From positions 85,498,001-85,562,000 of the forward strand of contig NC_043005.1 in NCBI RefSeq assembly GCF_006345805.1: a stretch of 64,000 nucleotides of DNA, in the 5' to 3' direction. The translations under genes and the position numbers were made by a program. Position 1 is the stretch's first letter; each line of letters starts with the position of its first letter. The DNA is from Octopus sinensis. Taxonomy: Eukaryota. The notes under the pieces were generated by a model, which was given only the letters and a program-made list of their open reading frames with translations, did not search any database and was not told where the DNA came from. Below are positions 50,001 to 64,000 of the stretch, one piece after another.

Positions 50001-50822
50001 ACACGTACCTACCCCACTTATATATGTATATGCTGCTTATTAGACATTGCACCAATGTTTCATATCGGATACAAATATTTATGAGTTAGATTATATTTCT
50101 TGGTTGCATTAAGTGATTAAGAGTGAGTATATGAAGGAGAAATCTATGTTGGTGGCCACATAAAATATCTCCAGTCTCAAACGTAATTCTTTGCTTCAAA
50201 TGACAGTTCCAACTGTGATGGAAACCACATACCGTGTTATTCTTCACAACAGACACTCTTATTAAATCAGTGTTGCTGTTCTATCATACACCCAACTTTT
50301 TGGAGATCGAAATAAATGAGAGTCTGTGAGGGCGGAGAGCTAGTGAATAAAACGAAAAATCTAGAGAACTTGCAAACTGAGTCTGAAATATTTCATAGAA
50401 ATGCAAAACGCAAAATGGAATAAATTATTTTACTGTAAGAAAGAACAGTTTATCATGATTGGTAGATGACAAGCGTTTGGGAAAATGCTGGACCACGTCT
50501 TAGAGTGGTGGGGGAATAAATACCACTTCCTTGTCTTACTGATATATTATGGATAGACGAGAGACATGCGTAATAGTTAAAAATGTGGGAACGAGTGGCA
50601 GAAATACTGCTGATACCCAGGAGGAAGATAAGTTCGTATTCCATTGAATAAATAGTTGCGGGAATATCCCTACAGGTCTCATAGGAAATTGGGGTTCAGT
50701 ACTCCACCAGAGAGGTTTGCATTAATATTTAGGCGCAGGTGTGGGTGTGCGGTTAAGACTTATGTATTTACTATAGCATTGGGCTGACCAAAACCTTGAG
50801 AGTAGAAACTGAATTGAGCCCG

Positions 50823-50868
<46 letters not shown>

Positions 50869-51299
50869 GCTAGTCTAGAAAATGTATTACCGTCATAGAA
50901 GTCAGTTGTTCTGCTGATGTTAATATCTCTTTGAAAATCAAAAAGAAACAAAATAACAATGAACAACTGATTCGAAACCTCCAGATTCTATATTCAGATT
51001 ATAAATTTACATTTAAACCAATAATAATTTGTGCACTTCGCTCTGTGTGCTAATGGCTAAGTGACAATCTGGATAGGCTAAGGTTTTCAGTAGAAATCAA
51101 CAAACTAACTTGCATTTTACAAATACAATCTGTAAGTGGAGCAGTAAAAATATGCAAGAGTTTCTTCAAATTTAAAATGTGACATTGTTTTTGTTATCTA
51201 CATTCGATTGATGGAGCTTTGTATTTTTGTTAGAAACCAGCTCCTTCCCCAGAGGGAGAATAATTTATATAATTAAATCAGAAGAGAGCGTGTGTATAC

Positions 51300-51675
51300 T
51301 CTCTCTTTACTCTTTTACTTGTTTCAGTCATTTGACTGTGGCCATGCTGGAGCACCGCCTTTAGTCGAGCAAATCGACCCCCAGGACTTATTCTTTGCAA
51401 GCCTATTACTTACTCTTTTGCCGAACCGCTAAGTTACGGGGACGGTTGTTAAGCGATGTTGGGAGAACAAACACAGACACACAAACATATACACACACAT
51501 ATGTATATATACATATATACGACGGGATTCTTTCAGTTTCCGTCTACCAAATGCACTCACGAGGGTTTGGTTGGCCCGAAGCTATATTAGAAGACACTTA
51601 CCCAAGATGCCACGCAGTGGGACTGAACACGGAACCATGGGGTTGGTAAGCAAGGTACTTACCAAACAGCCACTC
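51300..51675 (-). mobile_element. Full-length SINE family 1
   Basis: Head, internal microsatellite and (TAAAAGAG)n tail present. Confidence 0.9.
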
Positions 51676-51808
51676 GTATATATATATATATAACGGGAAG
51701 CTTTATGAAAATAGACAAAAGACGAAGGCAGGTGGAAAACAAACAAACAATTGTATTAGTATGGCGCTCAGGAAATATAAATAAAACAAGTCTTTAACGT
51801 TTCGAGCC

Positions 51809-51849
<41 letters not shown>

Positions 51850-52502
51850 GTGTGTGTTGCTGTGGATACAACATACAAAAAGAAACAAATAAATAAAGGA
51901 ATATCTATCGCAGAAGGTCAAGAAAAGTGTCGACTGTGGAGAGTTCTTAATGATTGCAATGGAAACAAGTAGACTCTGAAGTAAGACAGAAAATTTCATA
52001 GGGTTGATATGACGTAGTCTATGGGTAGATCAATCGTATCACTGGTAAAATCCTTGCAAATAATGGAAAAGGCCTTTACAGCTGTTTCTAGAATCGTTGC
52101 GTAATTGGTGCAGTTGTCTGTATATTGCCTGCGTCAAAACCGTCTTGCAAGTACATATGTGTGGATGTGTGAGTGCGTGTGTGTACGCGCGTGTGACCTT
52201 GTCTTGGCGGCAAAGTATCCTTCATTTCCAGTTTTCTGTGCAAACATTTTCAGTCATGGGGATATATTACCTTACACGGAAAGAGATGGATTAACGACAT
52301 GAACGCATTCAACCGTAGAAAATCCGCCTCAACAAATTCTACGCAAGCATGGAAACATGAAACGTCAAACGATGCCAACGATGACGGTAATGATAAATTG
52401 TATTTGGATAAGAGCTGTTTCAAAGGATATGGCTAGACCCAATGGTTCTTCATTTGGTTGTGACTGTAATTCTTGACTAAAAATGATAGGGCCAAAATAA
52501 TG

Positions 52503-52558
<56 letters not shown>

Positions 52559-52798
52559 ATATATGTATGTATGTATATGCACACACACATGTATATATAT
52601 ATATAAGCTAGTGTATATAGATAGACATGTATACACATATGTATATGTATAAAAATATATGTATATAATTATGTATACATATATATGTACATATATATGC
52701 AGAGGTATATATTTGTATATATACATATGAATATATGTTAAGTATATCTATGTATATATAAAATGGGTGTATATCATTAAATATATATTATATATATT

Positions 52799-52858
<60 letters not shown>

Positions 52859-52859
52859 T

Positions 52860-52916
<57 letters not shown>

Positions 52917-53358
52917 GATGTAATATATAATGTCTTTTATAGTTTTGACTTATGAGGTGCCTTTGAAAGAGAGTATTTCAGTGGTTACTGAGCAGGAATT
53001 TATCAAAAGAATGAAAATTTACCATTTTATACGGAATGCTGGAACTGAAGAGTAAATTCTGTGTAATTATACTAGACCTTAAACCACCAGAAAATTTCCT
53101 TGACAAAGGCGCCACTTGAATATATATACTGTATCTTATTATATTTGAGAATGTCCATATAGACTCTTTGATCAGTTAATACAGCAGCACGGGTATATAT
53201 ATATATACATACTTGTATTGAGCTATACACATAATCATAGATTCACGTGCACACACACCGTGCACACATACTCATATAGTCATGTGTGTATGCGTAAATA
53301 TATATTATAGTTGTACGTATTTATATATGTATGTATGCGTGAACACATATATACATGC

Positions 53359-53407
<49 letters not shown>

Positions 53408-53492
53408 AAGAGAAAGAGAAAGGAGACAGGGGAGAGAGGGTATTAGTATATATACATATATATATATATAATACATATATATTATATGTATA

Positions 53493-53524
<32 letters not shown>

Positions 53525-54474
53525 CATGCACATATATATCATACATATATATATATACATATATATATTATACATGTATATTATATATTTTATGAATATA
53601 GTCGGTATATATATATATATGATACGTTTACATGCTAATATATATATGTGTGTATAAAACGTATATATATATATATATAATATATATATATATGTATAGT
53701 TGTATATATATAAAATTCGTATATATGCATATATATGTCTGTGTATAAAACATATATATATATATATATATATATGTGCATATGTATATGATCTATATAT
53801 ATGATAAATATATATATATATGTATGTATGTATATAATATTTTTTTAAAGATATCACATTCACATTCATATTACGCATTGATCTATTTTATATTCTTTCT
53901 CCGTTTTTATTAGTTTGTATTATTTTAGAGGTTAAAGTCCTTTTTCTTCTTCTTCTTCATCTTCTTGATGTTGCTGCTTTTCTTTGAACATTCAAAAAAA
54001 TATATTAAACGACAGAAAGAAATAAAAGACAGAACTTTATTTATTTATTTATTATTCATTTATTTTATTATTTATATATTTTATTGTGTAATTTATTTAT
54101 TTATTATTTTATTTTTGAGTTTGTCTAATGAAGTGTAAACAGCTTTGAATCTAAAATATTTGTGTATAAACTAACTTATATTGGCAAATATTTCGGAAAG
54201 AGAGGGAAAAAAAGAAAAAAAAGCTATTCTCATTTGTTCTTTTTCTTTATATCCTTCTCTTTCACTTTTTTCCCCCTTTTTTCATTTGATTTTGTTCCAG
54301 TCTTGTTTCTTTTTTTTTGTTTTTGCAATGTTGATGGTGAAAGAGAGAGAGAGAGAGGGGGGGAAAGGATATTGAACAGACAGACATAAAGGCCTGCACC
54401 TAAAAAAGAAATATGAGAAAATATACAGGCAGAGATGGCAAAAAAAAAGCGAAAGCAAAAAGAGATTTTAAACC

Positions 54475-54780
54475 AAATCATCATCATCATCATCATCATG
54501 GTCATCATAATCATCATCCACCACCGCCACCGCCACCAAACCAAATCATCATCATCATCATCATCATCATGGTCATCATGATCATCATCATCTACACCGC
54601 CACCGCCACCACCACCACCACCATCACCACCACCACCACTACAACCACCACCACCACCACCACCACCACTACCACTACCACCACCATCGTCGTCGTGGTC
54701 CTCCTCCTCCTCCTTCTCAATATCATCATCATCAGTCATCATCCTCACCCCGTCATCTTTATAATAATAGAAATAATGAA

Positions 54781-54841
<61 letters not shown>

Positions 54842-54892
54842 TAATAATAATAACAATAATAATAATAATAAAATAATAATAATAATAATAAT

Positions 54893-54926
<34 letters not shown>

Positions 54927-54957
54927 TAATAATAATAATAATAGTAATAATAATAAT

Positions 54958-55012
<55 letters not shown>

Positions 55013-55020
55013 GTAATAAT
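54475..55020. repeat. Compound trinucleotide array (CAT)n-(CAC)n-(AAT)n
   Basis: Explains the poly-His/Thr/Gly/Asp/Ile ORFs at 54230-54856. Confidence 0.95.
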
Positions 55021-55392
55021 CCTTTCTACTATAAGCACAAGGCTTGAAATTTTGGGAGGAGGGGTCCAGTCGAATACATCGGCCCCAGTGCGTAACTGGT
55101 ACTTATTTCATCAACCCCGAAAGGATGAGTCGACCTCGGCGGAATTCCTTTCTACTATAGGCATAAGGCCTTAAATTTTGGGGGAAGGAATTGTCGATTA
55201 CATGGACCGTAGTACGCAACTGGTACTTACTTTATCGATTCTGAAAAGATGAATGGTAAAGTCGACCGCGGCGGAATTTGAACTCGGAATGTAGCGACGG
55301 GTGAAATTCTGCTAAGCATTTCGTCCAGCGCATGACGATTCTGCCAGCTCGCCGCCTTCATAACAATGATGATGATGATGGTGATGATGTTG

Positions 55393-55451
<59 letters not shown>

Positions 55452-55619
55452 CCTTTCTGCTATAGGCACAAGCCTGAAACTTTGGCTACGAGGGTTTTCG
55501 ATTACATCGAGATCAATACGTAACTGGTATTTATTTCGTGAACCCCGAAATGTTGAAAGGCAAAGATGATGATGATAATGATGATAATGATAATGATGAT
55601 AATGATGATAATGATGATG

Positions 55620-55668
<49 letters not shown>

Positions 55669-56395
55669 GCAAAATAAAATCAAACATAAGTAAATGTATA
55701 AAAAAAGAAAAGTATTCCAACGAATAAAGAGAACATTGAAAATCCAATTAGGAATTATACAAAAAAAAGATAAAAAGATAAAAATAGTGGAAGGCAAAAA
55801 AAAAACAGTTGTTAGTCAATAGAACTGTAGTTGTGTAATATTTGGTCAACTAAGTGCCATTTGTGAAATTCTCTATCTCTAAAATGACCAAAATAAACTA
55901 AAACGAGTGATTTTTTTCCACTAATCTTAATCATAAAATAACCACACAATTTCTGATTTTTGTTATGTATATCGGTTTTACTTACCGACATTTTTATATA
56001 ATTTTGTTTCATATGATTTTTATACAATTATATCTATATAATGTATATGTGTTTTTTAAATATATTTCCCGTTAATTTTTGGTTTTGTGTTTATGTGTTT
56101 CTTTCTGTTGGTTCTGGAAGCTTTTTAACCATTGGATGAAATATTTACACGCATGCATACATATATGTGTAGATAAATGTGTGTGTGTGTTTGTCTGTGT
56201 GTGGCGTGCTTGTGAGAATATGTGTGTATGTAAGTATGCAAAAAAACCCAGTCATACTGTTATGGTGCGTTATATTCGTAAAATGTACACTTGTTGAATA
56301 TGAGTTTAATAAGTATATCTTTAGTCCTGGTATGAAATTAGATATAGTTAAAATTTATCTCTCTATCTATCTATGTATTTATCTATGTATCTATG

Positions 56396-56467
<72 letters not shown>

Positions 56468-56492
56468 CACCTGTCTCTCTGTCTATCCATCC

Positions 56493-56538
<46 letters not shown>

Positions 56539-56551
56539 TCATCTGTCTGTT

Positions 56552-56622
<71 letters not shown>

Positions 56623-56935
56623 GTCTGTCTGTCTGTCTGTCTGTCTGTGTATCTATCTATCTATCTATCTATCTATATATCTATCTATCTATTTATTTAT
56701 CGATCTATCTATATTCATATAAAATGTCAACACAAGGAAAGGAATTGAGCATCACATTCCATTACATAATATTTCAATCAATTCATAACCACCTTAGCAG
56801 ATATTATCAAAATATTATCATATGATATATTAAAGAACACATCATACCAGTATTATTACAGCTATAGTGGTGTCATTTCTTCAGGTATATATATATCAAT
56901 ACAAACTGCTAAATAAAACATTATTCCACAGTATA

Positions 56936-57591
56936 TTAGGTCTGATCAACAAGTATCCGGACTGTTGGTATAGTAACGAATCTAAAGCACGCAGAGTAAA
57001 GCCGCTTGGCAAACATTGATCTTGAACTTTGCTGTGTATGTGCACTAAGTTTTAACGTTCTAGCTCTCTTCCGCTGTTTACAGAAAAACATCGCAAATGT
57101 ACGTGCAGCTGTGAGGGGAAATCGTCGAATCACTAACTATGAGTTATCAGAGGATGTGCAGATTAGTTACGGTTCAGTTCAGTTTATTATCACTGAAGAT
57201 TTGTGTATGAGACGCGGGTCTGCCAAGTTCGTGCCAAAACTGCTTTCAGCTGACCAAAGAGACACTCGGGTTTCAGTTGCACAAGATCTCCTTAACTGTG
57301 TCGAGGACGATGAAAATGTTTGAGAACTTTGCGTAAGCTTCTGAGCAGCTTTCGCCAAGCATTTGATGCAGATTCTCTGCTCAATTTTCACTGTCATGGT
57401 CTATGAGGCGAACGCACGCTACACACCTTCCTTTCAAGCACCGCTGTAAACAGCGGAAGTGAGCTAGAACGTTAAATCTTAGTGCACAAGCACAGCAGAG
57501 TTCAAGGTCAATCTGTGCCAAGCGGCTTCACTCTGTGTGCTTTAGCTTTGTTACTATAGCAACAGTGCGGGTACTCATTGATCAGACCACG
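56936..57591. mobile_element. Mariner-derived ~656-bp MITE with ~150-bp inverted ends
   Basis: TA-flanked ends ttaggtctgatcaacaagtatcc / ggtactcattgatcagaccacg; internal + strand ELSEDVQISYGSVQFIITEDLCMRRGSAKFVPKLL; internal - strand MTVKIEQRICIK (transposase N-terminus). Confidence 0.85.
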
Positions 57592-57821
57592 TATATGCCT
57601 CGTTTTAATCATTTCATTAGCATATCATAGTTGAAACAAAACGTTCATGTTGCTCAATCTATTCTCTTTTGTTGACGTCTTTTATATTCAGTGTTTGATA
57701 CTCAATGAATTTCTTTTAACTGAGTTCCGGGCGTTCAGTTTCCACAGTAAAATCCTGTTTGACTGCCGATTCTCACACACGGCCTTCCTAAAGCAAACTA
57801 GAAGTTGAATCTCTAAATTGA

Positions 57822-57878
<57 letters not shown>

Positions 57879-59777
57879 CTTTTACTTGTTTCAGTCATTA
57901 GACTGCGGCCATGCTGGGGTATCGCTTTGAAGGTTTTTTAGTCAAATGAATTGACCACAGTACTTATTTTTTGTTGTTTATTTGAAGCCTGGTACTTGTT
58001 TTATCCCTCCCTTTTTGCCAAACAGATAAGTTACGAGAATGTAATCACACCAACGCCGATTGTCAGGTGTTGGTGGTGGTGGGGGGCAAACGCAGACACA
58101 AGGACCCCCCTCACACACATACACATACACGTGGCTTCCAGACAGTCTCCATCGATAATTGGTCATCCTAGAACTAATATTAGCAGAACAAACTTACCCA
58201 AGGCGCTGGGCAATGAGACTGAACCCAAGTCCACGTGGTAGCAATGCAAGCTCCTTAACCACATAGCCACGTCTGTGTCTCTATTTGCTGATAATCATTT
58301 AATGAATATTTTAAAACAAAAATTACGAGTTTATGGAAATAATGAATATAAGACGAAAACTCAGCAGATATTGTGTGTATTTCATACGCACGGCTAATGT
58401 AGTAAAGTTAGAAATATTACCAACAATAAATGTCATACTGAGTCGGTTATGATAAAAGGAACAACCTACTTGTGAAATTGCACGTGGCTGAGTACTCCAC
58501 AGTCATGCGTACTATTAATGTAGTTCTCGGGGAGATTCAGCGTGAAATAGAATGTGCCAAGACTGGTCCAAGACTGGTCATTTACAGGTCATTTTTAGCC
58601 AGCTGAGTGGACTGGAACAACATGGAATAAAGTGTCTTGCTCAAGGACATGACGTGCCTGTGGGAATCGAACTCAGGTCTTAGGAGCGTAAGACCGAATA
58701 CCCTTAACCACTAAGCCACGTGCCTTCACATGTTAGGTGCATTATTTTAATCAATAAATGAAAATTACAAAAACTAAAACTACCCTCTGTTTTAAGAGAC
58801 AACGACAGCAGCTTTGAGGGGAGGGTCGTGTAGGCGATACCATTGATACTAGTGTTTGACTGGTACTTTATTTATTGTCCCTTGAGACATAAAATACAAA
58901 GGTAACTTTGGTGGGATTCGAACTCAGGATAGGAAGATCCGGAAACAAATAACACAAAGCCGTTTTTTTTCTGACGCTCTATCAATTCTCCCAATCCATC
59001 ACCCGTTGTGTATCATCGATATCTCATGATTGGTTGATATTTTGGGATGATAACCTTGGTGGAACACCATTATAATATCAAAGATGGTATTTTCCTTTAT
59101 ACGGCTAACAGGAAATTAATACATTTACTCAGTATTTTCTTACAATATTACTATTAATATTTCTTCCTTGTCTACATCAGCAACAGAAAGAAATGAATTG
59201 TGTTTAGGATTTACGGTTTGTCTGAAACGTGCCAACTGATGTTGTAGGTTAGGTTATTATTTTCCAAAAGCCGTAGATAGATCTTGCTGCTAAACTTATA
59301 TTTAATCTTCTGTCTGATGTAGACTATAATTTATCATAAATGGATTTGCTGTCACACCAATGTAATCTATTCCATTCTGGTTAATGTTAGATATGACAGT
59401 GGTGATGGTGGCGGTGGACGGTTTCTATACATAACCGATTCTGCTTAACACGTTTTGTTGCCATTTATTTGCCAGAGCCAGTGAATTACATGCTCTTACT
59501 GTAATAATGTTTTACTGTACTAATAATGTTTTATGTTTCACGGGATTAGTGTTATTTATTATTTATATCATTTTTACTTTTTATTATGTATGTTAGTGCA
59601 TTAGTGATGTCTATGGCGGTTGAATCATATATTTACATTGAAAGCGTATAAAACACTTTTTACTTCTAGAAAAAACTTTCAAAATATTACCCTGGGTCCT
59701 ATATAAAAAGTCAGGCCTTTCATGTGCAAATTTTATCTTTGACGCTTACTCTCGTTGGTTAAATTTTAATCCAGTTT

Positions 59778-60400
59778 AAGGCGGCGAGCTGGCAGAAACG
59801 TTAGCACGCCGGGCGAAATGCGTAGCCGTATTTCGTCTGCCGTTACGTTCTGAGTTCAAATTCCGCCGAGGTCGACTTTGCCTTTCATCCTTTCGGGGTC
59901 GATTAAATAAGTACCAGTTACACACTGGGTCGATATAATCGACTTAATCCGTTTGTCTGTCCTCGTTTGTCCCCTCTGTGTTTAGCCCCTTGTGGGTTGT
60001 AAAGAAATAGGTATTTCGTCTGCCGCTACCTTCTGAGTTCAATTTCCACTGAGGTCGATTTTGCCTTTCATCCTTTCGGAGTCGATAAATTAACTACCAG
60101 TTACGCACTGGAGTCGATGTAATCGACTTAATCCCTTTGTCTGTCCTTGTTTGTCCCCCCTATGTTTAGCCCCTTCTGGGTAATAAAGAAATAAGAAACG
60201 TTAGCACGCCGGGCGAAATGTTTAGCGGTATTTCGTCTGTCTTTACTTTCTGAGTTCAAATTCCGCCCAGGTCGACTTTGCCTTTCATCCTTTCAGGATC
60301 ATAAATTAAGTACCAGTTGCGTACTGGGGGTCGATCAAATGGACTATTCTCCCCACCAAAAAAAATTCGGTCTTTGTGCCTAGAGTAGAAAAGAATTATA
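59778..60400 (+). mobile_element. Head-to-tail trimer of SINE-like family 4
   Basis: Units start at ~59778, ~60011, ~60196; A-box TGGCAGAAACG and B-box GAGTTCAAATTCC; shared gtcgactttgcctttcatcctttc core. Confidence 0.85.
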
Positions 60401-62432
60401 ATCCAGGTTGTCTTATCAACGAAGCCTAATTCCATGACAATAATATTTATCTAAACATTAGAGTCATTATTAAAATCGGTGAGCTAACAGAATTGTTAGC
60501 ATACCAGTAAGACGTCTTAACAACATCACATCCGCCTTTATGCTTTGAGTTCAAATCCTGCTGAGGCTCCGTTTGATTTTTTTAAAACACTTTTTGGGGC
60601 TTGATAAAGTCATGTAAACGAATCTTCCCTTCCCCCAAAATTTCAGGCCTTGTACCGATATTAGAAAATTATTTTAAGTCGGTGATATGGAGCAATCAGC
60701 AACATAGCAGACAAACTACTAAGTGGTATTTCCTTTTAAATTCTATAAAATGCGCTTAGTACATTTTCAATATAAATTTACATCAAATAACTGATTCAAC
60801 GCGCACAGACTCAACTGGTAGTCATTTTATCGAACCCATCAGGAAGTGCGCATAGTCAACCTCGACAGAATTTGAACTCAGAGCATAAAGATAGACGAAT
60901 ATTTTCTAAAGCGTTGGTGGTAGCATTGCCTGAATATGGTAGATTAAACTCTGTTACCTATCGTTTCTGTTTCAATTTTCTCTGGGGTGAAATCTTGTCT
61001 TACTTAGAAGTTTTGCTAAAATGAGATTTTTTTGTGAATTCCTCCCTAGTCCACCAAAAAATCCTTTATTTGAGACAGTGAGTCTATTTCGAATCCGGGC
61101 ACAAAAAAAATCATCAAATATTGGCACAAGTGTGTCTATGAGGTAAAACGTTTGCTTCTCAACTACATGATTCCGGGTTCAGTCTCACTGCATGGCACTT
61201 AGGGCAAATGTCTTCTACTATTACTTCAGGCCGACCAAAGCCTTATGAATGGGTTTGGTAGACGGAAACAGAAAGAAGCCTGTCATATATATATGTACGT
61301 ATGTATATATATATGTGTGTGTGTTTGTGTGTGCGTGTGTATTTGTGTTTTTGTCCCCCACCACAGCTTGAAAATCGTTGTTGGTGTGTTTACGTCCCTG
61401 TAACTTGACGCTTCAGCAAAAGAAACCAATAAAATAAGTACTAGACGTGAAAAACCGAAATAAGCACTGAGGTCAATTCATTCGACTAAAAATTCTTCAA
61501 GGTGGTACTCCAGAATGGCCAAATTCTAGTGACTGAACGAAGCAAAAGGATGAAGAATAAATAGCTTATTTAATACATTTCGAGCATATCTTTTCATATT
61601 GAACAAATAAACAGATGTAAGTAAAATTTTTAAAAATCCACCATTTAATACCTACTTTTGGCTCCTGCTTGCAATAGCCCAGAATCTTTTACGCAGAGCC
61701 AAATTTCCTTCCAAAATTATTTAGATTTGAAGCATAAATATACAGGAAATATTGTATGTTTTTAAGAGGCGGTGATATAATTTATAAATCCAATATATAT
61801 TTTTATCTACATTTTCTATATTTCGCTCCAAAGCTGAAAGAATTCACTGCATGGAAATTAGATCAATCATTATTAGTTCGGCTAAGAAATTTGTCATTTT
61901 TTCGTATAATTTGGTTTTCTTTGATAATTAATTGCGTTCTCAAGTAGGTGATGAGTGTGGTTTACGCTACATTTTGACGATGTCTTCTGTTCTCAAATAC
62001 TGGTAACATTGTAAATGTTTTTTTAAGACATAATTCAGTATAAAATGCCATCTTATAACCATATACATGCGTATACGCACACACACAGATATATATGTAT
62101 TCACACAGCCTGAGTTTATACATGTTTGCATATCTGTCAAGCCTCATATCATCGATTCATCTGTCTGTCTATCTGTTTAGTCATCTATATATGTGTGTGT
62201 GTATGTGTTTGTGTGTGTGTGTGTGTGTGTATGTATATGCATGTATATGGTTAGTCATCCTGTAAGTTTGGATTTACTCCCTAATATTATTATTATTATT
62301 ATATATATATATATGTATGTATGTATGTATTATGTATATATGTATGTATATCTATTATACTGAAGTGGTTGTCTGGTAAGACACTTGCTTCCCAACCACA
62401 TGGTTCCAGATTCAGTCCCACTGCGTGGCACC

Positions 62433-62722
62433 TGCTGCCCCTTGTGGTCTCCCCATACGAAACAAAACATCTCGAGGATTGAATCATTCCAGAGGGCACT
62501 CACTAAATGAATTGAAGGCATGACTGATCTCGATTACTGGGACCGCCTTAAAGCCTTGAAACTGTACTCTCTCCAGCGCCGCCGCAAACGGTACATTATT
62601 TGTACAATGTGGAGAATATACCGCCAGCAATTCCCCCAAAAAGGATTTAGATAATCCTATCAGGTGGTGCTATTAAGTTAGACATAGCCTGGTCCAATCT
62701 TTGGTCGAAACTTATCTAAGTT
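62433..62722 (+). mobile_element. CR1/L2-group second-family 3' fragment with internal deletion
   Basis: CCPLWSPHTKQNISRIESFQRALTK*IEGMTDLDYWDRLKALKLYSLQRRRKRYII, then ggtggtgctattaagttagac...gaaac tail and (TATC)n. Confidence 0.85.
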
Positions 62723-62730
62723 TTTATCTA

Positions 62731-62809
<79 letters not shown>

Positions 62810-63305
62810 GTATGTATGTATGTATGTATGTATGTATGTATGTATGTATGTATGTCCATACACACGTACTCATCTAGCATATTGCAGCTGTTTCTCTGAT
62901 CAAACGAAGGAAACTATATTTTTGTTAAGTTTTCAAGTGTATTCGATGTCTAACATTCATTGCTCCTGACTGAGAAATTTGACAAGAGGCAGGATTGAAC
63001 TCAAAACACGCAGAACCAAAGAAAATACTCCAATGCACCCTATGTGGCAGTTTAACAATTTTTACGACTCTTCTGCACTGGACATATATTACTTGTTGAA
63101 CTCGCAAATGATGCAAAGCAATGTTGACATCAGCCAGACCATTCTTGATTAATGTAAATACTTTAATTATATATAAAACAACAGCAAGTGTTAACAGATT
63201 ATGGCAAATATTTAATTAATTAAAAAAACCCAGATGATTGTTACTTCCAAGTTTTGATTAAACTGTCTTTTCAAACAGTGATGAAAAAATACAGTGATGT
63301 AATCT

Positions 63306-63400
63306 TTACAGTAATCGCGGGTGTTACGTTCCAACCCCCATACGTGATAGGGGAAAATCCGCGAAGTAGAAACAGTACTGTAGTGTATTTTTTCGTTATT
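63306..63400 (+). mobile_element. Tigger/pogo-type MITE terminal fragment
   Basis: ta-cagtaatcgcgggtgttacgttccaacccc...gtgataggggaaaatccgcgaagtag resembles Tigger-type terminal sequence. Confidence 0.5.
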
Positions 63401-63480
63401 TTTATAATTTGTATATATTTCTTCTTTTATTATAAACGCAAAGCAGCACCACAGAAGAATCAGCTTAAGCTTAAATCGTT

Positions 63481-63858
63481 GTCGTTGTGGCACTTCGTTG
63501 GTTACGACGACGAGAGTTCCAGTTGATCCGATCAACGGAACAGCCTGCTCCTGAAATTAACGTGTAAGTGGCTGAGGACTCCACAGACACGTGTACCCAT
63601 AACGTAGTTTTCGGGGAGATTCAGCGTGAGACAAAGTGTGATAAGGCTGGCCTTTTGAAATACAGGTACAACAGAAACAGGAAGAAAGAATGACAGAAAT
63701 TTGTGTTGAAAGAGGGTTCGCCAGCACCTCCTGCCAGAGCCTCGTGGAACTTTAGGTGTTTTCGCTCAATAAACACTCACAACGCCCGGCCAGGGAATTG
63801 ATACCGCAATCCCACGACCGCGAGTTCACTGCCCTAACCACTGGGTCATTGCGCCTCC
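63481..63858 (-). mobile_element. Full-length SINE family 3
   Basis: Head GGAGGCGCAATGACCCAGTGGTTAGGGCAG..., body, tail ggaactctcgtcgtcgtaacc. Confidence 0.85.
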
Positions 63859-64000
63859 ACCAAGCTTAAATTATAAACCGCAATATGGTAAGGGATTACT
63901 GTATGTGAATGCATGTGGCCTTGTGGTTAGGATACTCAGCATGTTTTGGGGTCATGGGTTCAATTCCTGGCGGTGCATTGCGAACTTGAGCAAGGAACTT

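Noticed and set aside
52405-52465. AUGAAGA...GAAACAGCUCUU on the minus strand; similar half-motif at 52075-52095
   Set aside because: CUG core missing and helix I unpaired.
54230-54856. Poly-His/Pro/Thr or poly-Gly/Asp ORFs
   Set aside because: Trinucleotide arrays continuous with (AAT)n; no splice or domain evidence.

Overview
AT-rich, microsatellite-saturated animal genomic DNA. The tRNA-derived SINE families and the (TA)n/(CATA)n/(TAA)n load are most consistent with an octopod cephalopod (inference from repeat recognition; no search was run). No host protein-coding gene can be supported with confidence: the long ORFs in the track are microsatellite translations or transposon remnants. Contents: (i) CR1/L2-group LINEs (one near-complete ORF2 at 25.8-29.2 kb, three fragments); (ii) restriction-like-endonuclease non-LTR fragments (three Dong/R4-type pieces in (TAA)n, one HERO/NeSL-type piece); (iii) Penelope-like element (PLE) RT and GIY-YIG remnants; (iv) Tc1/mariner elements (a DD37D maT element, mariner relics, a MITE with two left ends); (v) at least five SINE families. 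The most interesting signal is RNA-level: at least nine type I hammerhead ribozyme (HHR) folds with complete or family-variant cores plus several decayed ones, from several sequence families of PLE-type terminal repeats (pLTRs). Some sit as divergent inverted pairs, one family carries a consistent non-canonical CUGUNGA core, and one family is joined twice to the same tRNA-like Pol III head, which suggests a SINE with a Penelope/hammerhead tail. All folds were assigned by eye and none has been tested for activity.
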